Source: Octopus sinensis
Lineage: Eukaryota
NCBI RefSeq assembly: GCF_006345805.1
Contig: NW_021836134.1
Span: 62,001-126,000, forward strand
DNA length: 64,000 bases
Direction: 5' to 3'
Shown: positions 12,394 to 24,524 of the stretch, piece after piece
How the letters are laid out: every line of letters starts with the position of its first letter
Numbering within the stretch: position 1 is the first letter of the stretch
Translations under genes and position numbers: made by a program
The notes under the pieces: generated by a model
Databases searched by the model: none
Told to the model about the DNA's origin: nothing
The model's input: only the letters and a program-made list of their open reading frames with translations

Positions 12394-13556
12394 CGAGTTC
12401 CTCTTTTTTGGAATACGATTTCCCCTTATTTTGCCTTCATATAGCTCCATAAGTGTTCAATGGGGTTAAGATCCGGGCTTTGCGCTGGGCAAGGTAGCAA
12501 TTCGATATTATTAGTCTCAAAGAATATTTTTGCAAACACACATGTGTGTTTTAGGTCGTTGTCCTGTTGAAAAATTGGATCAATAATCCTATTTTTTCCA
12601 GAAATGGCAAAAAATTGTTTGCCAAAATGTTAACATACAATGATTCATTCATTATTTTTTTTATCCAAACCAGATTACTAAAATATTCAGACGTAAATGC
12701 ACCACATATCATCACACTTCCTTTTCCAAATTTTACGGTTTCAGTAATATTGCGTGAAACAAACTTTTCGGATTGTTGTCTTTATACAAATCTTCGTCCG
12801 TCGTTGTTTACTAAGTTGAATTTTCATTCGTCGCTGAATATAACGTAATTCCAATAGCATATTCCATCTTTGACAGATTTCCATTCTTCGTTCTTTGTGT
12901 TTTTTAGTAAGATGTGGTCTTTTAGTCGGCGGAAATGCTTTGAAACCTCTTTGTTTTAGTGTATTTCTGATTGTTTTCAGGTGTTACATTTTTCCCAGTT
13001 TCTTCTTTCAGTGCCTTCGCATATTTTACGCAATTAAATTTTGGATCTTCAATCCTTGCCTTATTGATTTTTTTTAAATCATGTTCATTTAGGAGCCGGG
13101 ACGACCAAAACCATATTTCTTGAGCATGGAATATTTTGTTTATATTTTCGAATTGTTTTCGATATGGTATCAAGTGATCTTTTACAACCATCTTTTAGTT
13201 ATACGTTGTATTTCGCGATACGTCTTTCCGCATTTGTAAATACCGATAATGTTCCCTTTTCTTCAAAACTCAATTGTCTGGCCATAATAAGTTATTATAG
13301 CGTCCCAAATATTAATAATTTTCTAAAAAAAATCATATATTTAATAACATTTACAAATAAAAAATTTTGTTCGTTTTTTATTTTGGTTCAGATTATACTT
13401 CTGTTGTAAAAAGGCGGTAAATATATTTTTTTTGCAAAAATAAAAATATTAGTTATTGTTTATATATTGTTAAAATTCTATTTAGATATTTTTTTTGATT
13501 CGTTTCTTGGAAATTTTAGGAAAAATGTAGTGTTCGTTTTTTATTTTGGTTTACTG
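12394..13556 (-). mobile_element. Second copy of the Tc1 element, inverted and 3'-truncated
   Basis: Reverse complement of about 4521-5690; ends GGTTTACTG|TA at 13556. Confidence 0.9.
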
Positions 13557-16280
13557 TATATTGTTTAAACGCATTAATGTTGCGTCGAGGTTATACAAAA
13601 TGAATTTGCAAAATTAAATTTCCTACTTGCTAAAGTAATATTTCCTACTTGCTAAAGTAATGGAACGTCTGTCGATTGCTGTGATCCGAGGGAACGGCTT
13701 CGCCATTCGCGAGGCTGGTCGGGTGTCTCGTGAGGCCTTTAATTAACTTAGCTATCTTTAATTTATTTCTTGCTTTCAAAAAAAAAAAAAATTCCTACTT
13801 GCAAGATTGGTTTTTCCTAGCCGCAAATTAAATTTCCCACTTGCAAACCGATTTTCATGACCGCAAATTAATTTTCTTGATTGCAAAATTGACTTTCTTA
13901 ACCGCAAAAATCATTTCTTAATTGCAGAAATGAGTTTACTGACCGCAAATTAAATTTCGTACATGCAAAATAGAGTTGTAAATGGTATAGTTAAAATCAA
14001 TAGAGGTATACTGCAAGGAGATTTTCTCTCATCTCTTATCTTTGTGTTGTTAATGGACCATCTAAGCCGAATGATCAACGGAAAATTCCCGAAAGTAATG
14101 ACGGGAGACTCAGGCAGGGGGAACCCGCATATGCTACTAACCACCTTCTATTTATGGACTATATAAAGCTATTTTCCAATTACAATGGCGTAATGGAAAT
14201 GATGATAGAGAAAGTTGAATCTTTTTTGACATAGCTGAATTGGAAAAAAACGTTTAAAAATTTACGACGAATTTCAAGTCTGTCTATGAAAACTTGCTTA
14301 CTTGATGGGCTCGATGAATAGGGTCTTTGAGCCATGAGAGTTTGGTCAGATTGATAAGAATATCGGTCGAGTTTTATGGACAGAAATATCAGGCAAAAAA
14401 AACTTTATCTTTCAAGAAAGGAATTTGGAAGTGATCTGGAGTCAGTTAGCAATAAAGCGGAAAGGATGCTTCTTCAATTTTATGGTGATTTGAAACATAA
14501 AGCAAACTACTGCCTAAAAAGAACAAGAATTCTGCGTCCATTAATCTAAAGAAAACACATATGGCCACTACCGTGGAATTCTTATTCTGAGAATACAATG
14601 AAATTGTAAATGAATAGACAGTATCGGACCTGCCGAAAATTCAACGCGAATATTTATTGGGAAAATATCGAAAACAAGCGTTTCCAATCTATTTTGTTCC
14701 AATGCATAAAGAATACTGAAGTTGATGTTAATTATGCTTGCGGGTTGTTAACTCATGGAAAAAATTCTCCCGTCGAAGAGTGCAAATTACTCTGTGAAGA
14801 TTCGTATCGATACAACAATAAATACAAATACTAAAGTCCAGACTAACGAGGCGGACATGAGGAGCACAATCTGCTTATAGAGATTGTGATAACCTCCCAA
14901 AAAGGCCTCATCGATTAAAACTTGCAGATTGTAGAAATTTTTGAGTAACCAGCCCATCCCATGTTAATACAATAAGTACATTAACCAAGTGTCTGACTCT
15001 GCAGTTCCTCGCGTAATTCGTAGAATTACTGTGGCAATGTTTTAATTAGAATATGGTTTATTTTTTATTAATTATTGTTTAATTATCTCAATTTTTAATG
15101 GTAAACCTAAAAAATTATTCCACATTTGAGCACGCAGTTGATTCACCTTGTGGTGCTGTGTATATAATTAACTCTTTTCTTAATTTTTTATATTATTGGA
15201 TTTAGTTGGAATATTTCGAGATGCAGTTTCTTTTAATGATTAAATTATTTGAAATTTCATCATTTTGTGATATTTTTCGAATTTATTCCTATAATTTGTT
15301 TCTTTTACCCATTTTGAAATTTCTGTAACGCTAATATTTTTTGAAATATTTATTTATTGAATTTTTAATCATTTTTTGTAATTTTTCATATACTTGTCGT
15401 TTTCCCACGACCACTTAAGTTTTTTATATACAGTATAAACTCTATTTGGGCATCAATTTTGTAAAATTGCCTGAAATTTTTTTCATTTTTTTTATAAACA
15501 TAGCATTTTAAGTACTAAAAATTTTTATTCTATTGACGAGTTTTTCGTTATCCTTTGTTCATTTGTAACGGTGAGTCATGTAATATGTCGCGTCCCACAC
15601 GAGCTACCCATCCCATGGTAGTACATGTCACCTGTCAATAAATAATAATGCCTGTCGGTGACTGTCAAATTTAATAATTAATTTAATTGCATTGATTTCT
15701 AATCAATAATCGTTTCAACAATAAAAATTTATTAAAATAAAGCGTCTACGTTTTTTAACTTGCCTCACAAATATCTAAATTCCAATATAAAACATAAATA
15801 TACTTATTGCAGATGTATTTTAACACCTTTACAAATGGCATACTTACTGTAAACGTCAATGACGGTAAATATCCATTTGTAGCCACGTTCGAATCGTTAA
15901 ATTTTTTAACGTCTTTTAGGTCTGCTTGGAATCGTTCATTTGGTTTTTTGGCAATCGCATGGTACTTAGAATCTGAAACCTGCTATATAAGTTTTTTATT
16001 TTATACTTTAAGTGGAATGGAAAACTTGCATATTGAGTACTCTTTGACGACTCGTTCGATAATTTACGCTTATTGTAAAATAGGAGTGTAGACATTCCTG
16101 TTGCAGTTTACGAATTCCAGAATGGCTATTCCGGTGAATAGAATCTGCAATAGTTTGCATCTCACTCTCATTATGCATGCAAATAACTAGTTTGTGCTTT
16201 TGAAATCTTTCGTCTTTGAGGTATAAGCAGTCATCAATGACAATAAATTTAGTGGATTTTTTAGTTAATTTATAAACTTA

Positions 16281-19200
16281 CTAGCTCGACAGCTCGCTTC
16301 GCTCACCGCGACCTAGCTCCTGCGGAGGGCCTGTTTCATCAAACAACTATAAGTTTATGTAGATCAGTGGTTCTTAACCTTTTTTAAGTCAGCGCCCCCT
16401 TTTGACACAATTTCGAAGCTTCAAAATTTCAGCGCCCCCCTATTATTTAATTTATTTTTTTTCAATTATAGATTTATTTGGCAATTTTTTCGCCAATTGT
16501 TTCATTTTAATATTTTCGAATATTACTTATTATTTTTTTAGAATTAAAAAGGGTATTCACAAACCAAACTTTTTTATATAAAAAAATTTTAGTGACTGCC
16601 TTGTGCTTGATGGGAATTTGTCAATCGTTTTATGTCAGCTTCAATAGTCGACAGACTTAGTCTCAAATCTCCTCTATTCACAATTTGTAATTTATTTCTT
16701 TTTTTGGTCAAAATATTAGAGACTGCACTAAATCCTCTTTCAACTAGATATGTTGAAGGAAATGCTATTATAAGTGTTTCAATTTCATTCCACAATAAAG
16801 GATATTTTTTCTATGAGTAACCCAGAATTGTTGATATCCATATTTGTTGAAAATGACTTTAGCTTCAAAGTCATATTTCAGATTTAATAAATTTTCTGTT
16901 ATTTCTTGAGATAAATTAACGTTTTCAGTTTCAAATGGATTTATATACCAATCAAAAAATTTTAAATTTTCTAAATCTTCAAAGCGGATTTTCATGTCAT
17001 CTTTTAACATTTTTAGATGCAAGCAAAAGCATTCACAGTCAGAATCCGTTAATTTTTCGACCTAATAAATATTATTACAAAAAATAACCCCAAATTTTTG
17101 TAGATTTGGAAAATTAATAAAAATCTTTTTCTTAATATTGTTTTCATAAAGTTGTAATTTTTCAATAAAAGGCATAATAATTCCTTTTACATTTATTAAA
17201 TTGATATTGTTTCCTTGCAAGCTAATATTTACTTGGTTGATTTTATAAAAAATATCAGCTAGATAAGCTATATCAGCTTTCAATAAAATCAACTTACTAA
17301 AATGATTAAGGAATAATTACCTAAAAATTCTCTGCTCATGTAACTGACAAAATTCTAAGATTGAATCATACAATTCAAAAAATCGACACAAACAGTTTCC
17401 TTTTGAAAGCCATCTAACATGGGTATGCAAAAGAAGTCGTTCATAATGCTCATCGTTTTGTTCACAAATATGTCGAAATATTCTCGAATTCAATGGGTGC
17501 ATTTTAATACGATTTATTGCACATATGACAACATTTAGTGATTCATTCAGCCTCTCACTTAAATTTTTCGCAGCTAAATGCTGTCTGTGAATGACGCAAT
17601 GGATTGTAAAATATTCGGTACTTTTTCCTTCATATATGCCAAAAACCCACGATGAACTCCAACCATCGCAGGTGCCCCATCTGTTGAACAAGCAAAAATA
17701 TTGCTAAGGGTATTTCATGTTTCAAAAAATATTGTTCAACAGTTTTGAAAATTGTTAATCCTCTTGTATCGAGTTCAAGGTGTTCAGAAAATAAAAATTC
17801 TTCTTGAATTACATCATTTTGATTAATATAACGTACGTAAACTAATAAAAGTGCAACACTATCGTTGAATGTCGATTCATCAATCTGAATTGAAAATTTT
17901 GTTGTTCTTAAAAATGCACATAGGGTTTCTTCGATATCAAATGCCATTTCATCAATTCTGGAAGAAACAGAACTATTACTCAAAGGAATTGATGAAATTA
18001 TTTGTTCAGAATCACAATCAACCATTGAATTTAACACTTCTTTGATAGCTGGTAATATTAATGACTCTCCAATAGTATGAGGTTTTCCTGATTTCGCTAT
18101 CAATTGCGATATTTTGTATGATGCTAATAGGCCTTTTTCAAGCATCTTCGAATTTTTTGTAAATAGTTGATTAATCATAAGACGATTTTCATAATTATAT
18201 TTCAGATTAGAAAAATAATTGATATCCGCATCAAGTTTGTCAGGATGACAAATCTTAAGATGATTTAGCATTCTTGAAGGCTTCATTCCTTCATTTGTAA
18301 AGACCTTTTTACACATAAGACACATTGGAAGTGAATTGTTATGGTCGTAGGGTATCACTCCAAACTTTAGGTATTCATCCGAATATATACGTCGTTTTAC
18401 TTTTTTATCAGACATCTATAAATATAATTAAATATTTATTAAAAAGTTCTAAAATATTAAATACAATTAACAAATATTTATAAATATTATCAGTGAATAA
18501 TTTTTTTACGTACACACAAGACAATTTGAATTTAGAATTAATAGAAAAGCACGTGATAATGATTTACAAAAACTAATAAAATATTTATAATAATTAAAAA
18601 AAATTAAAATTCCAGCGCCCCCCTAATATGTTCCAGCGCCCCCAGGGGGGCGCCAGCGCCCCCGTTAAGAATCACTGATGTAGATGTATAAAACTACCTG
18701 GTTTAATGTAACCTATTCTATCGCCTGTTGATAAACGATGTTTGTCGTCCGTCCTTCCTTGGCATATATGAATAAATTTTCTCTTCTGCCTACCCTCGAG
18801 CATCCCACATACAGCTGTCCATGTGAAAAGCACTCACTCTCTAAAAATAACCCAACTACCTTTAATGACTGTCCCTGGGCCTTGTTTTTTATATTTTTCT
18901 TTTTTTTGTTTTTAATTATTTATTTTTTTTGTATTTTTTTTTTTTTAATTTTTTTGTTTTTTTTATTTTTTTTTAATTTTTAATTTCTTTGTCTGTATTT
19001 TTTTATTTTTTTTTTTTTTTATTTTAATTTTTTTTGTTTTTTTTATTTTAATTTTTATTTATTTCTTTTTTTATTTTTTAAATTTTTTTGTTTTATATGT
19101 TCCCTCTGTTCTATATTTAATTGATCTAATAGAATTACAAAATTCAACATTAATATGAGCATCAAAAATCTTACATAACAGTGGATTATAAGGCACCACC

Positions 19201-19480
19201 CACCTGTTGTCAACTGTCATTTCATTTTCTTTTCCTTCTTTAACTTTAAAAGATGATTCGGCATTCCAGAGGGATCAAAGTAGTTTAAAAATTCAATCCG
19301 GTTGAATTTTTAAAAAATAACAAAAAAAATAAAAAAAAAAACAAATAAAAATAAATAATTTAAAAACAAAAAAATAAAACAAACAAAAAAAAACTTTAAA
19401 AATTTGTAATATAGTATAAACAAAAAAATCTCTGTCGCCACGGCAAAAACCTGTCTAATTTTTTTAACAGCCTATTAAGA
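16281..19480 (-). mobile_element. Helitron copy 2, interrupted by the hAT element
   Basis: 5' junction A|TC at 19481/19480 and 3' junction CTAG|T at 16281/16280; same internal sequence as 9846-10689. Confidence 0.85.
16365..18677 (-). mobile_element. hAT Buster-type (ZBED5/SCAND3-like) transposon, copy 1
   Basis: TIRs CAGTGGTTCTTAAC and GTTAAGAATCACTG, 8-bp TSD ATGTAGAT, subterminal AGCGCCCCC repeats. Transposase at 16589-18415 with introns 17297-17320 and 17062-17088. Confidence 0.95.
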
Positions 19481-20600
19481 TAATGCTAAAGAGTCTTTAT
19501 AATCCGGAGATTTAGCTTAGTGACCTTGATTGGAATCCGAGACCCCCGTGCCTGATAGGCAGGATAGCCTGTTTCCAGCCCATTTCGTCAAAATGTACGT
19601 TTGAGATTTGAACGAGAGTATTCATGAGCAGCGAATCGAATTCTCCGACTGCATCCGGGAATCGGAAACAGGGAGAAGTGCGTACTCCAAACGAGGAAAG
19701 GCAAGAAAGTTCTTCAGTAGAAAGAAAGCCACATGGGCGTCGATGGATTTAAGAGTGTCGAATGATTTTTCCATATTAAGAAGTTTAGCGCGGAGGGAAG
19801 ATGGGATTCCGGACGAGAATAGAGGCGTACCGAGAAGAGTAAGTTTTTGGGGCAGAACGGTGCGTATGGCTGGTCGATGATGGTCGAACAGGGGCTGGAT
19901 TTCCAGAGTAAAGAGTGCATGGTCGTATCCAATATTGAAAATCTCTGATTTTTGTGGGTTGACGGTAAGGCCTATAGAAGCCAGTATCGGAGCCACATTG
20001 TTCAGGTCATTTACAACACTATCGGCCGGGCCTCCAATGGAGGCGTCGTCGAGGTACCAGACGTTGAGCTCAGAAGTGCACGAGCGGACCGCTTCATCGA
20101 TGGCCAGCGAAAAAAGGAGAGGGCCGAGAGGATCGCCCTGTTGTACACCGGTGGCGGAAATAATGGTAGAAGAGCCGGAGATAAGAAGAGTAGGAGAGCC
20201 TTTGGTGCTCGAACCGATAAATGGATGGGCAACGAAGAAAGCAAGATTCCAGCACAGAGTCGCGGCGGACACTGTTAAATGCGTTGGTAATGTCTAGTTT
20301 GACTAGAATTCGGGGATGTAAACTCTCGGTCACAAAGCGTCTGGCGGCATGCACCGCTGCCTCGCAGCCTGAGGGAACCCCAACTTCTAGCTGTAACGGG
20401 AGGAAAGCTTTTGCAAGTTTCGGGGAGACCGACCAGCAGGCGAGCTTTGAAGCCAGGCGTCGGAAAATGTATCCGACGGCGATAGGACGAACTCCGCCGT
20501 CTTTTTTGGAAAAAGGAAGCAGATGGGCGGAGAAAATGCGTCCACGAGCGAATGCGGACAAGTTTGAAGAATTGAATAATAACGCTAAAAATATTAAATA
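19481..20600 (-). mobile_element. CRE-clade retrotransposon RT fragment
   Basis: KKDGGVRPIAVG, GCEAAVHAAR, KLDITNAFNSV, GVQQGDPLGPLLFSLAI, WYLDD, WKQAILPIRHGGLG. Confidence 0.88.
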
Positions 20601-20639
20601 TGCCCACACGAGTAACGAATGATTAAACCACATTAATTA

Positions 20640-21151
20640 TGACATCTGACGGCCAATGACCTCGTAAAAATGATTGATTGACAGGTGACATGTAGCCAGC
20701 ATGGGATGCGTAACCACCATGAGACGCGACATAATATGTGACATGGGCCAAATGATACGTATGCGATGCACCTCCAATTAATGTTAATCTCTCAATTTAT
20801 CGATAAACTTCAAACAATCTTATTATTGATTTATCAGCTAGAATCTAGTTGAGTCTGAGTCTATCAAATGGTTTTCCCTTCTTTGCGATCTCTTGGCTTA
20901 TCAAAAAACTGATAATATTTGCAGTCCTGGTATTGTGATACCAATATTTAAAGGCGGAATTCTCAATCTGATTATTCTTTGCAAGTTCTTCTACAGCTTT
21001 GTTTCGCAAATCACCAATTGGATATTTTTTTGCATTTTCATTCTTTCAATCTTGAAATATGTACGTCAGTTACAATGTTCCCTTTATCGTCTTCTAGAAC
21101 ATACAAATCTCCATTAACGGTTCTGACATAATAAAGCGTAGTATCTAGTCC
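20640..21151 (-). mobile_element. Ginger-like element 3' end, cut by a short hAT terminus at about 21152
   Basis: LDTTLYYVRTVNGDLYVLEDDKGNIVTDVHISRLKE* also occurs near 27080-27190. CATAGGTTTTCACGAGAAATT matches the hAT end at 58008. Confidence 0.6.
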
Positions 21152-21319
21152 ATAGGTTTTCACGAGAAATTTCTTTCTTCTGTTTCTAAATTGACGGAAT
21201 CACGTTGTTGTTGATTGAATAATTGAAAATGGATGTTAGGAACCTAATAACGACTCATATCAACATTCGATGTGGTGGAAATTACACTTTTTAAACAAGA
21301 AGTCTAGTTACTAGACTAT

Positions 21320-22400
21320 TTAATTGAAGTATACTAAACTAAATGTCAATGGGGTGCCGGAAAGACAAGCAGCGGGACAGACCCAAGATGGGATACGTTC
21401 CGAAGTGCGGCGGGAAAGGGAGACACAAGAAAGATGAAAGAACCGATAACACGATGAGCAGAGACGGCCCTTCTTTCTTTTGTTGACCATGTTGCAGATT
21501 GAGCAGGGGGAAACAGCTAGCTTTGTATCCTTTTCGGTCATTTCTGCATAATTAAAGCAGATTTTTTCGAATTGGAAAAGAACATCCTTCTCATCAATAA
21601 AAGCCAGAGAAAAGCAATCTCTGATACTCTGGTGTTGCCACTCCTTATCTTTGTATTGTACACAAAGTCCCTCGGCTTGGACTCTCCTCCAAATCATTTG
21701 CCCAAGATGAAAGTTGCACCCCGACACCCTAGCCGAAGTAAAAACTGCAGCCGAAGAGTTAATTAGCCCCTTTTCAAAGTCCAAAACAATATGTTCTGGG
21801 TCACTGTCAGTTATGGTTTTGACCTCATTAAAAAAGTGCGTATAGCACTCTTGCGTTTTATTCGCCAAAATCCCGAATACACAAGGCCAGTAACTACCCA
21901 AATATTTGACAAATATCGTCACCAATTGTTGAAAATGATTTGGGACACTTTTAAATGTTCCATCAACAATCCAAATTTTCGACTTTTTTAGAAAACAAAG
22001 CTGAAAATCAGAAGCAAAAATGACGTGTCGGTTAACGTCATTGATTCCAGAATCTTTGCAAAAAAACGTTTCACCACGTTTGTTCTTTTTACAGCCATCA
22101 GGAATATCAGATCTCGTAACAGCTGTTACTTGCATGCTTCTGTTTATGACTCGAGTCACAGTCTTAGCCATTGATTGTGTCTTTGGGAGATTCCCTTTAA
22201 CTTCTGCTGAATAGGCCGCTACTGTATTAACAACAACATTTAGTGGCCTATCCATTGACTCGGCTGCTTTTTTCTGCAGTTCAGCTTTAGCCTCGAGAAG
22301 TTTGATTGAGTTATCATCTTCTGGATGATGATTAATTATAAAGTTTTTTTATCCCCTATCGCGCTGGGGGCAAATTATAAAATGATGCTTACTTAAGACG
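21320..22400 (-). mobile_element. MULE transposase, C-terminally truncated and fused in frame to a PHD-like finger
   Basis: WIVDGTFK, HIVLDFEKGLINS and GCNFHLGQMIWRRVQ, followed by CSIC...CSSCYRFFHLSC...WVC. Confidence 0.85.
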
Positions 22401-22639
22401 GCAAGTCTAACATAGATTGATATAAAAATTCATGTTATTCTAAAATTTTTTTATTATTAGTTAGTTCTAAAAAATCGTAAAAATTATTTTATTCATGCTT
22501 TTAAACCCAACCCTCAAAAATGAAAAAACAAAAGAAAAAGAAAACTATTGAAATACAAATTTTAATACCCCAAGTATACATTTCTTCCTAGCCGAGTTGT
22601 CCGTCAGCCCGGAGATTACCACATTTTGTTTATCTAGAA

Positions 22640-23100
22640 TTTTATACAACGGAGATTACCACAATGAATGTAAGATCATCTTCGAAAATAAATTTTTTAG
22701 ATAATCTTCTGAACCTTTCCTTTTCAGATTTTTGGCTCTGCGGGCCAGACAAGTGGTCACCACGAGGAGTGCCGTTTAAAGGGCTCCCCAGACAGACAGG
22801 GATAAATGAAAGAAACTTGAACCAGTCGCACCAAGAATTCGAGGCCAGAGCCCGCTCAATAGCCAGAGCTAGGGAATTAGCCACTTGGATCCTGGCCGAT
22901 TTAGGAATGCCTGACGGGATAGCCTTCGATTTCCGGAAACAAGACAAAAGTACAAGAAATTCACGAGCCTTGGAACAAGACCGGTCCTTAGGTATTTTGG
23001 GAAGAGTCGGGGCCTCGATGTACAGAGGAGTAGAAGAACAGCGAAAGCATTTTCAGTTTGCGATGCTTCTTTTTCAGGTTCACGAAAAATTTCAAAACGT
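22640..23100 (-). mobile_element. CRE-like N-terminal fragment
   Basis: AIPSGIPKSARIQVANSLALAIERALASNSWCDW resembles IPIRLPKPARPAAAEALS (about 31500) and RIPKHARFLAADCLS (about 55980). Confidence 0.6.
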
Positions 23101-24524
23101 GTCTCAAACTGTGATCCTGTTATTTTCACTTTATAACGACTCATATCAACATTCGATGTGGTGGAAATTACACTTTTTAAACAAGAAGTCTAGTTACTAG
23201 ACTATTTAATTTGAAATATCTCGAAGCAACGCCATCCCACGTCAAGACAATCGGGATAATCTTTACCTTTGCATCATAAAGTATTGAAAGTTCGTTTGCG
23301 AGCATATCATATTATGAAATTTCTCGGTTTCGACTTGTTTGAGGCGGTCTTGGAAGTGATGCCAACTTCGATTAGGGTTATCTTTTGTTTAGTTTTGTCA
23401 TAGACGAAAATATGTCCGAATAAGTTGCAATTTGTCCGAATAAGTTGTAACCAATATCCTCGATTAGTTGTCCAATCGTATTTGCTTCAAGACTTATATT
23501 TTTAAATACATGAACCAAATGTTCGACTCTTTAGTTCCTTGCGTAATTTAAAGAATTATTATTTAACCCAAGAATCACTAACAGTTAATTAGGGTAATTA
23601 ATTAGGTGATTCCAACAATCCTCAAAATCCTTCTCAGCTTTTCCCGATGTTGGACTCTGGACCCAACGCAAGTGCGGGACGGGCGGGGAGCAGTTTTTGA
23701 GAGGAATTGTATCGGGGTGATGTGCTTCTTGTTGTTAAAGTCCTTTGGCAGGTGGTCTTGTTGGATGGCTAAGAAACCCTTTCCATCTTTCTTAATAAGT
23801 TGGTCAAGCGGAGTTGGGGTAATGTTGTTCAATTTGGAAATTTAAAGAATTACTGTGGCAATGTTGTAATTAGAATATGGTTTATTTTTTATTAATTATT
23901 GTTTAATTATCCTATTTTTAATGGTAAACCTAATAAATTATTTCACACGTGATCACGCAGTTGATTCACCTTGTGGTGCTGTGTATATAATTAACCCTTT
24001 TCTTAATTTTTTATATAATTTGATTTAGTGGGAATATTTCGAGATGCAGTTTCTTTTAATGATTAAATTATTTGAAATTTCATCATTTTGTGATATTTTT
24101 CGAATTTATTCCTATAATTTGTTTCTTTTACTCATTTTGAAATTTTTTAACGCTAATATTTTTGAAATATTTATTTATTGAATTTTTAATCATTTTTTGT
24201 ACTTTTTCATATACTTGTCGTTTTCCCACGACCACTTAAGTTTTTTTATATACAGTATAAACTCTATTTGGGGCATCAATTTTGTAAAATTGCCTGAAAT
24301 TTTTTTCATTTTTATAAACATAGCATTTTTAACCACTAAAAATTTTTATTCTATTGACGAGTTTTTCGTTATCCTTTGTTCATTTGTAACGGTGAGTCAT
24401 GTAATATCTGACATGGGCCAAATGATACTTATGCGATGTGCGTTACAATGGCCTTCAATTAATGTTAATCTGTCAGTTTATCGATTAACTTCAAACAATC
24501 TTGTTATTGATTTATTGACTAGAG

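Larger units (their letters stand above)
13460..19480 (+). repeat. Direct segmental duplicate of about 7023-10689 carrying an extra hAT insertion
   Basis: Same order of modules (Tc1 TIR end, array, CRE tail, R4, AT repeat, Ginger, Helitron) with only scattered substitutions and indels; homology ends at CTATTAAGA. Confidence 0.9.

Noticed and set aside
19935-23200. Long plus-strand ORFs (for example 19935-20297, 20221-20622, 22664-23200; also 11883-12191 and 27474-27935)
   Set aside because: They are antisense shadows of transposon coding sequence on the minus strand.
23602-23845. Overlapping 76-79 aa ORFs in a GC-richer patch
   Set aside because: Could not assign them; probably a retroelement scrap between two known repeats.
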